In this document: piece after piece, positions 57,674-64,000 of the stretch
How the letters are laid out: every line of letters begins with the position of its first letter
Position numbering within the stretch: the first letter of the stretch is position 1
Notes under the pieces: model-generated
What the model saw: the letters and a program-made list of their open reading frames with translations, nothing else
What the model was told of the DNA's origin: nothing
The model's database searches: none
Made by a program: the position numbers and the translations under genes
From: a bacterium
GTDB lineage: Bacteria; Patescibacteriota; Patescibacteriia; Patescibacteriales; XYC2-FULL-47-12
Length of the DNA stretch: 64,000 nucleotides
Direction: 5' to 3'
NCBI GenBank assembly: GCA_030698385.1
Contig: JAUYLZ010000022.1
Location: forward strand, 1-64,000

Positions 57674-59185
57674 TTAGTTATTTATTTTGAGTAACAAATT
57701 TTTCGGCCCCTTGCCGCCCTTTTGGTAAGTTTGCAGCGGCACTTGTTTCCAATGTTTCAGCACAGCCGTAATGTATCTCCACGATGCCGCCAGTTCGCGC
57801 GAACTGGCAAAGTTGGTCTGTTCGCCGCGCATAGCGCGAAATAAAAGTGTTTCGTAGGCATCGGGAATACGCTCCCGCCTAGAACCGGCGAGGCTGGCGG
57901 CGGCGTCACTGAACTCGTGGTAATCAAAGCGCAGCTCTTTACTCACCATCTCGTTTTTAAAACCCGGCCGCTTGGCCCAAAAGTGTACGGCGATACCTTC
58001 TTGGGGCTGAATGCGAAACACCAGTAGGTTGCGCGGATGCTCGTGCGGGCCCGCAGGACAATTAAAACATCCTTTTGTCTGCTTAAAGTATACTTTTATT
58101 TTTACCTTGGAGCGATGCAACGCCTTACCGGCGGTAATATAGAACGGCACACCGCGCCAGCGCCGGCTCTTGAGCTGTGTTTTAATCTGTACGAAGGTTT
58201 CCGTCTGCGACGCTGTTTTGCCCGACGGCAATGGTGCCGGAGCGTTTTTCACGTCATCGGCGTAGCCGCGATACTGCGCCCGCACAACGGTATCAAGCAG
58301 TGTACCCGCGGCCGGCAGCGCCAGACTGCGCATCACGCGCTCCCGCTCGCGGCGAATGGCGGCAGACCCCATGCCCTGAGGCTGTTCCATGGCGACGAGC
58401 GCAAGCATCTGCAGCGCGTGACTTTGCACCACGTCGCGCAACTCGCCCACTCCGTCAAAAAAATTGATGCGATGCGCCACGCTCTCGGCCTCAAAGAGTT
58501 CAATTTCCACACGCTCTACGTAACGCGCGTTCCAAACCGGCTCAAAGATGCTGTTGGAAAAACGAAATGTTAAAATATTCTGAATAGTTTCTTTGGCTAA
58601 GTAGTGATCAATGCGGAAAATTTGACTCTCATCAAAGAGCGCCCCCAGCTGCGCGTCCATATTGCGCGCGGTAGCGCTATCACGGCCGAATGGCTTTTCA
58701 ACCAGCAGACGCGTCCAGCCCTCGCCCTCACCAACACAGGCGATACTTAAACCCGAGTGAGAGAGGTTCTTAAAAATAACCGGGTAGTACTCCGGCGGCA
58801 CGGCGAGGTGTAAAAGCTTGTTGGAACAAATATTTTGACCAAACTTTTTATCCAGCTCCACTAACCGCCGCTTAAGCGTCTGGTAATCGGCGAGTGTATC
58901 AAAATTGCCGCGAGCGTAGGTAAGTTTACGTAAAAACGCCGTGAGCTCGCGCGCGGTGTGGTGGTGCCGATCGTGTTTAAGCACGGTTGTGGCAAACTCG
59001 CGAAACTGCTCGTCACTCCATTCACGCCGCGCAAATCCCACGATGTGAAACTTACTCGGCAGCACGCCGCGCCGGTGCAGATCAAAGAGCGCGGGCAAGA
59101 GCTTTTTTTGAGCCAAATCGCCGGTCACGCCAAAAATGACGATGGTGGTGGGGGTGGTAATCGTAAAATTTTTTTTAGTTGGCAT
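57674..59185 (-). CDS. zwf: Glucose-6-phosphate 1-dehydrogenase
   Basis: FGVTGDLAQKKLLPALF and RIDHYLAKE signature. Confidence 0.9.
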   Translation of the reverse strand: MPTKKNFTITTPTTIVIFGVTGDLAQKKLLPALFDLHRRGVLPSKFHIVGFARREWSDEQFREFATTVLKHDRHHHTARELTAFLRKLTYARGNFDTLADYQTLKRRLVELDKKFGQNICSNKLLHLAVPPEYYPVIFKNLSHSGLSIACVGEGEGWTRLLVEKPFGRDSATARNMDAQLGALFDESQIFRIDHYLAKETIQNILTFRFSNSIFEPVWNARYVERVEIELFEAESVAHRINFFDGVGELRDVVQSHALQMLALVAMEQPQGMGSAAIRRERERVMRSLALPAAGTLLDTVVRAQYRGYADDVKNAPAPLPSGKTASQTETFVQIKTQLKSRRWRGVPFYITAGKALHRSKVKIKVYFKQTKGCFNCPAGPHEHPRNLLVFRIQPQEGIAVHFWAKRPGFKNEMVSKELRFDYHEFSDAAASLAGSRRERIPDAYETLLFRAMRGEQTNFASSRELAASWRYITAVLKHWKQVPLQTYQKGGKGPKNLLLKINN

Positions 59186-59210
59186 GTAATTTTATTTATA
59201 ATACTAATTT

Positions 59211-59330
59211 TCTATTATCAATCCCGAGCGCTCGGGACAATTTTCATATAATTTTTAAGTTTAAAATTTTCAATGAAAATTACCTGACTGAAAATTAATT
59301 GAAAAATGAAAAATGGAAATTGATCATTTT
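59211..59330. repeat. Second copy of the GC palindrome AATCCCGAGCGCTCGGGA plus GAAAAT-repeat flank, between rpe and zwf
   Basis: Palindrome at 59220-59239 followed by TTTTCAATGAAAATTACCTGACTGAAAATTAATTGAAAAATGAAAAATGGAAATTGATCATTTT. Confidence 0.7.
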
Positions 59331-59962
59331 AATTTGGTTAAATTCACTAACTCTTTATACTTAGTAATAACATCGTTAGCGCCAAAAAGCGCGCTTCCTA
59401 CGACCAAATCACTCGCGCCCGCTTTTACCAAAGTTTTAATATTTTTCTCGCTCACGCCGCCGTCAACGCCAATAGAACCGCTATATATTTTTTTCAGCTC
59501 GCTCACGCGTCCCACCGTTTCCGGAATAAAAACCTGTCCCTGCGCGCCCGGCGCAACCCCCATCAGCATAACGGCATCCAGACACTGGCAGGCATTCTTA
59601 ATTTCTGAGACAGACGATTCGGGATTAAGCGCCAGACCTTTTTTAAAACTAAATTGCCGCGCGAACGCAATCACCCCTTCAATGTCGCTGTCAGCTTCGT
59701 AATGCCAAAATACTCGATACGCTTTTAACTGCTGACACATTGCAAAATAAGAACGCGGATTTTCAACCATTAAGTGAATTTCCAAATTTACTGTGGTTTT
59801 TATTTGTTTTAACTCTTCCAGCCGTATCGTCATATTATCAACAAACTTCCCGTCGGCAATGTCAATTTGCGCCAACTCGGCAAAACCAGAAACTGCGTCC
59901 AGTTTTTTCTGAACTTCGGCAATATCTTTTTCCAAAATGGCGGGAATGACTCTTATTGTCAT
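59324..59962 (-). CDS. rpe: Ribulose-phosphate 3-epimerase
   Basis: IDIADGKFV, EIHLMVENP, MGVAPGAQGQ, VDGGV motifs. Confidence 0.8.
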   Translation of the reverse strand: MTIRVIPAILEKDIAEVQKKLDAVSGFAELAQIDIADGKFVDNMTIRLEELKQIKTTVNLEIHLMVENPRSYFAMCQQLKAYRVFWHYEADSDIEGVIAFARQFSFKKGLALNPESSVSEIKNACQCLDAVMLMGVAPGAQGQVFIPETVGRVSELKKIYSGSIGVDGGVSEKNIKTLVKAGASDLVVGSALFGANDVITKYKELVNLTKLK

Positions 59963-59990
59963 TACATTATCTTTAAATATTTATAAATTA

Positions 59991-60701
59991 TTATTCCTCC
60001 TTTTTCTCATTCTCACTTTCACCTAATAATATATTCACGCCATTCTTCTGAAATTGATCTAAATAAGCGATCTGAAAATCATCAGGCCTGACTAACTTTG
60101 ATTTAGAAACTTGTATGCTCTTGAATTTTGACCCTTCGCCAGCGCCAAGCTTTACCATGCCGCTGTCATCATCAACTTTCATAACCAAAAACAAAACACC
60201 AAAATTATTATCATCGGTAATTGGTATGACACTATCTCCTTTTTTAACATTCAATGAATAATTTTTTTCTCTAAAATACCTTATTATAGAAGCTCTTTCC
60301 TGTGTTTTCTCCAAGCCTGACAATACATCTTTAATTTCTGATATATGTTTAGTAAGTATTTGACCGGGCTTACCCTCTAATTCAAGCGTGCCGTCGTCAT
60401 TAACACTCCGAACTAGATAAAGGATGCGATCAACAATGACGCCATCTCCCACTTTTACTTTCTCATTTGCTTCCTTTTTTCCTTCTGGCCGTTGGTAAGT
60501 ATCAAATTTTTGCAGTTCAGATATATGCTTTGTTACTTCCTCACCCGGCTTACCCTCCAACCTGGCCACACCATCTTCATTTATTTCAAGTACTTTGTAA
60601 AAAATTCTGTCTTCAGCGATAACGCCGTCTCCGGCCTTGATGTCTTTTTCTTTTTTGTTCTCATTGTTATTTAAAGGTTGTGGAAAATTTTCTATACCCA
60701 T
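59991..60701 (-). CDS. Hypothetical protein with three tandem ~50 aa repeats (GDGVI..RI.Y.V...N.DG...LEGKPG...TKHISE)
   Basis: Repeats 1 and 2 are also recognisable as direct repeats at the DNA level; repeat 3 is divergent. Confidence 0.5.
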   Translation of the reverse strand: MGIENFPQPLNNNENKKEKDIKAGDGVIAEDRIFYKVLEINEDGVARLEGKPGEEVTKHISELQKFDTYQRPEGKKEANEKVKVGDGVIVDRILYLVRSVNDDGTLELEGKPGQILTKHISEIKDVLSGLEKTQERASIIRYFREKNYSLNVKKGDSVIPITDDNNFGVLFLVMKVDDDSGMVKLGAGEGSKFKSIQVSKSKLVRPDDFQIAYLDQFQKNGVNILLGESENEKKEE

Positions 60702-60751
60702 ATATTTTATTTAAGTAAGTTAAATTTTATAAATACTTTTTACTTAAAATT

Positions 60752-61231
60752 TCACGCTTCTAGTTTCATTATCTTTTTAATCCTTCTTTTGTGTCTGGCT
60801 AAATTGCTAAATTCCGTGGTTAAAAAAGTCATAACGATTTTCTCCGCTTCTTTTTTGTTGATATGTCCTTGCCCCAGGCATAAAATATTGGCATTATCAT
60901 CAACTACGGCCTCGCGGGCAATTTTTAGATTATTAGTTAAAGCCGCTCTAACGCCTTTTACTTTATTCGCCGCGATACTCATGCCAATGCCGTTATTACA
61001 GATTAAAATGCCGCGCGCGTCTTTAACTTTGCCAACCGCTTGAGCAACGCGCTTCGCGTAGTCAGGGTAGTCGTCTTTTTTTTCAAACTTAATATTACCC
61101 TGGTCGCTGACGACGTAACCCTGTTTGCTTAAAAAATTCTTTAAATGCTCTTTGAGTTTAAAACCGGCGTGATCGGCGCCAATGTAAACGATTGATTTCA
61201 TAAATCGTAAGTTCCAAATAGCAAGCTCCAA
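60752..61231 (-). CDS. rpiB: Ribose-5-phosphate isomerase B
   Basis: IVYIGADHAGFKLKEHL ... ILICNNGIGMSIAANK pattern of the RpiB/LacAB family. Confidence 0.85.
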   Translation of the reverse strand: MELAIWNLRFMKSIVYIGADHAGFKLKEHLKNFLSKQGYVVSDQGNIKFEKKDDYPDYAKRVAQAVGKVKDARGILICNNGIGMSIAANKVKGVRAALTNNLKIAREAVVDDNANILCLGQGHINKKEAEKIVMTFLTTEFSNLARHKRRIKKIMKLEA

Positions 61232-61334
61232 TCAGCCAGCTGGCGGACAAACAAATCTCAAATTATAATTATTAAATTTCAAAATTTTTTATTTTGAATT
61301 TAAAATTTGTTTGAAGCTTGTTATTTGTCATTTG

Positions 61335-62030
61335 TTATTTAATATTAGTAACCGCATAACACTTCTCCACCTCTCGAAAAATCTTAACCGGACACTCGTG
61401 CCAATCAGTATTTTCATCGTTAAACTTTTTATAAGCATCTATTTTCCCCTCGCCAATAAAAAATACTAGAACTACTTTTGTTTGCTTTATTAAGGCAGGT
61501 GAGGCGCTTATTCGCTCACTAGGCGGTTTTGGTGAATTTTTCTCTAAGACAAAATTTTCAATACTGTCTAGTGTCTGATGATTGGGAAAAAGCGATGCCG
61601 TGTGCCCGTCCTCGCCGACTCCTGCTACTACTATATCATATTTTCCGCCAAATTGCTTGAGTTCGGCTTCATAAACTTTTAAACCAAAATCTGCGGTCTT
61701 AGCGTCGTAAATAAACGGATGCACGTTTTCAGCTGGTAAATTTTTTTCCTGAATCAAAAAATCAAAAAACTGCTCTTTAGCGGCCTTATAATTACTGTCA
61801 TCATCTTCTAAAGAAACCAGCCGTTCGTCCAGCATAAAAAAATGAATTTTTTGCCACGCAATATCTTCTTGTTTTAAAACGGCAAAAAACTCCCGCACGC
61901 TGCGCCCGCCGGGCAGAGCCACTACGACATAATCTTGCCGCGTCAGCAGTTCATTCACATGGCGCGTAAATGCACCCGCCGCCACATGGGCGAGTTTGAT
62001 TGTGTTGGAGTTACATAAAACTGTTAGCAT
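61335..62030 (-). CDS. pgl: 6-phosphogluconolactonase (NagB/Pgl/DevB family)
   Basis: ALPGGRSVREFF motif. Its placement in the zwf/gnd cluster favours Pgl over glucosamine-6-P deaminase. Confidence 0.65.
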   Translation of the reverse strand: MLTVLCNSNTIKLAHVAAGAFTRHVNELLTRQDYVVVALPGGRSVREFFAVLKQEDIAWQKIHFFMLDERLVSLEDDDSNYKAAKEQFFDFLIQEKNLPAENVHPFIYDAKTADFGLKVYEAELKQFGGKYDIVVAGVGEDGHTASLFPNHQTLDSIENFVLEKNSPKPPSERISASPALIKQTKVVLVFFIGEGKIDAYKKFNDENTDWHECPVKIFREVEKCYAVTNIK

Positions 62031-62054
62031 AAAAATTTATTCTACAAAAATATA

Positions 62055-62693
62055 TCAAATCACCTTTACTTTTTTTGATATTAATAATAATTTTCTCGCC
62101 TTTCTAACAACCTTATTAACAAAATCTTTTTTCTTATCAGTATATATCCTGCGTTCATTGCTATGCTTGCGCGCTAACTCCTGCTTTAACGCAATATAGC
62201 GCTGACGTTCATTGTCGTGCACTAAAAGATAGTCACGAAATAAAATCATATCCCCAACGTAGTGTGTATTCACCTCTCCTACGTGTAGGTAATGTGTGCG
62301 TTTTTGTATAGAGCCTTTGGGGAAAAAAAATCTGTCGACACGATCATCGTCCGCCTTATGTTTGTAACCAATCTTCGCGAGCGCGGGAATGTATTTTTTA
62401 AATAATTGAAACGACGGCACAATAACCGCAATATCAATAATCGGCTTAGCTACCATTCCCGGAATGGCAGTACTGCCCACATGCTCAATTTTGATTGCGT
62501 TGTGGCCAAGTACTTTTTTTAGCTTGTTCCGCTCCGCGTTAAAACTGCGCTTCCAGCCATGGCTGAATGGCACCAATTTGACTGTTCCTCGCATAGTACC
62601 AATCATAGCGTTTCTGCTACATAAATAAAAGTCCCCAGCACAATGCCAATCAGCATTTAAAAAAATAATGTCTAAACTTAACCCGCAATTCAA
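62055..62693 (-). CDS. grpB: GrpB-family (UPF0157) nucleotidyltransferase-fold protein
   Basis: IEHVGSTAIPGMVAKPIIDIAVIV motif. Confidence 0.7.
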   Translation of the reverse strand: MNCGLSLDIIFLNADWHCAGDFYLCSRNAMIGTMRGTVKLVPFSHGWKRSFNAERNKLKKVLGHNAIKIEHVGSTAIPGMVAKPIIDIAVIVPSFQLFKKYIPALAKIGYKHKADDDRVDRFFFPKGSIQKRTHYLHVGEVNTHYVGDMILFRDYLLVHDNERQRYIALKQELARKHSNERRIYTDKKKDFVNKVVRKARKLLLISKKVKVI

Positions 62694-62766
62694 ACCATTG
62701 AAAGGAAATAGCGGTATTAAACGTAATATAAGTGTAGCACTTAAACCGTTTTTTGCCAGTTGGTTG

Positions 62767-63000
62767 TTACAGTTTCAGCAATTCTTTGAGTTTAGCTTGG
62801 TCAAATCCGACCACAATGTTGCCATCAATATCAATTACCGGTACGCCCATTTGGCCGGACTTGGAAATCATATCTTGCTGTGCTATCTGATCAACCGTAA
62901 CGTCTTTTTCGGTGTATGCAATGTTATTTTGTTTAAAGTACCCCTTGGCCGCGTTGCAATACGTGCACGTTGGAGTTGTATAAATGATTACCTGTGACAT
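62767..63000 (-). CDS. Glutaredoxin-like small redox protein (NrdH/YruB type)
   Basis: IIYTTPTCTYCNAAK CxxC motif in a 77 aa thioredoxin fold. Confidence 0.8.
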   Translation of the reverse strand: MSQVIIYTTPTCTYCNAAKGYFKQNNIAYTEKDVTVDQIAQQDMISKSGQMGVPVIDIDGNIVVGFDQAKLKELLKL

Positions 63001-63013
63001 ATATTTTCTTTTA

Positions 63014-63310
63014 TTAAATTAAACCTAAAATACATTTTACAAATTCGTCGTTTTGCCTGACTTGATAGCACATCATCTGTCCGTTGCGTTCATGATTGAC
63101 CAACTTGCGCATCTCAAGAATGCGCAACTGCTGTGAAACCGCCGAGACGCTGATTTTTAAAATTTCGGCAAGTTCACTGACGCAAATTTTTTTATCCTGC
63201 ATTAACAGTTTAAAAATTCGATAACGGCTTTCATCTCCCAGCGCGTCAAACATTCTGATTAATTGCTCATCTTTTTCGGTCAAATTTTCTTTTAATTTTT
63301 TTAAATCCAT
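63014..63310 (-). CDS. ArsR/SmtB-family transcriptional regulator
   Basis: Winged-helix region ICVSELAEILKISVSAVSQQLRILEMRKLV. Confidence 0.75.
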   Translation of the reverse strand: MDLKKLKENLTEKDEQLIRMFDALGDESRYRIFKLLMQDKKICVSELAEILKISVSAVSQQLRILEMRKLVNHERNGQMMCYQVRQNDEFVKCILGLI

Positions 63311-63510
63311 ATTTTTATATAATTTAAGTGTTTAAGCAATTACTTAATATTATAAACTAAAAATTATTACTGTCAAGAACGCTTGTATTATTATTTTTAC
63401 CGTGTTAATATACAGTATTGATACAAGTTGTGGATAATTATTTTGACCAAAAGGTTTTAATAATATAATCTATATATACTTTAGACATTTTTATTTACTT
63501 ATGTTTTTCT

Positions 63511-64000
63511 ATGAATGAAGAAAAATCATCAAAAGTACCATTTTTGCTCGGTTTAACTTCTGGCATTGCCATAGTTTCCTTAATCGGCTTTTTTGTAATG
63601 CTGGGTCTTTTTCTAAGCAAAGATGTAAAAATTGCCGGTAATGACACGGATATTGCCGGAGAAAAAGTTGCTAACGCTGAAGATAATCAGCCGAGCAATC
63701 CAGAGGAACCGCAAAAAACTTCATTTAACATCAGCAGTAGTGATCACATTCGCGGCAACGTGGATGCTAAAGTCACTATTGTGGAATTCTCCGACTTTCA
63801 GTGTCCTTTCTGCAGCCGTTTTCACGAAACTATGAAGCAGGTTATGACTGAGTACAGCGATGACGTTCGTTGGGTGTACAAGCATTTTCCATTGGACTCT
63901 CTGCATCCGGAAGCGCGCCCGTCAGCCATGGCCAGCGAGTGCGCGGCCGAACAGGGCAAATTTTGGGAATACGGCGACAAGCTGATTGAAAATCAAGCAT
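63511..64000 (+). CDS. DsbA-like thiol:disulfide oxidoreductase, 3' end outside the window
   Basis: Frame-1 ORF from the ATG at 63511: N-terminal TM anchor, then TIVEFSDFQCPFCSRFHE (CPFC active site) and a FWEYGDKL motif. No stop before 64000; missed by the ORF track because it is open-ended. Confidence 0.7.
   Translation, partial: MNEEKSSKVPFLLGLTSGIAIVSLIGFFVMLGLFLSKDVKIAGNDTDIAGEKVANAEDNQPSNPEEPQKTSFNISSSDHIRGNVDAKVTIVEFSDFQCPFCSRFHETMKQVMTEYSDDVRWVYKHFPLDSLHPEARPSAMASECAAEQGKFWEYGDKLIENQA

Noticed and set aside
56957-58573. Long antisense ORFs inside gnd and zwf (153 and 178 codons)
   Set aside because: They lie opposite strongly supported housekeeping genes in a slightly GC-richer stretch. 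No motifs were found and the codon pattern follows the sense gene.

Overview
This is a gene-dense, low-GC bacterial chromosomal segment with short intergenic gaps and frequent start/stop overlaps. It looks like a reduced-genome lineage such as CPR/Patescibacteria, but that is inference only. Standard genetic code is assumed. No rRNA, CRISPR array, integrase or intact transposase was seen.

Recognisable housekeeping content:
- 424-4256: a three-gene thymidylate module built from gene fusions: dCMP deaminase fused to a tandem ThyX, a P-loop kinase, and a thymidylate-kinase-like domain fused to dUTPase.
- 4600-19207: gatB, miaA, dnaE and pheST.
- 21001-24368: a UvrD-type helicase fused to a RecB/Cas4-like Fe-S nuclease, followed by a DUF721-like gene.
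- 26211-31048: an NfeD-flotillin operon and a CPA-type cation:proton antiporter, each followed by a small protein with beta-carbonic-anhydrase-like zinc-site motifs.
- 31054-39198: a complete F1Fo ATP synthase operon, interrupted between atpA and atpG by a HicA/HicB toxin-antitoxin pair plus a Bro-N domain gene fragment.
- 39392-46494: three tRNA or tRNA-like genes, tatD, tsaC/yrdC, cvpA, and class I ribonucleotide reductase nrdAB.
- 46940-62030: an almost complete pentose-phosphate pathway cluster (tal, tkt, gnd, zwf, rpe, rpiB, pgl) with several inserted accessory genes.
- 62055-64000: grpB, a glutaredoxin, an ArsR regulator and a partial DsbA-like gene.

Accessory and variable content:
- Two paralogous RelE-like/ribbon-helix-helix TA loci, one intact and overlapping pheS, one with a decayed toxin.
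- A mosaic island (about 47.8-54.0 kb) of membrane-anchored hypothetical proteins, with duplicated fragments of the flanking tal and LOG genes, a four-helix-bundle (Avd/IVS-like) gene and an IS110-like transposase remnant.
- A DinD/Bro-N gene present as one full copy and one truncated copy.
- Several families of repeated intercistronic sequence elements, and one promoter-terminator-bounded unit with no annotated gene.
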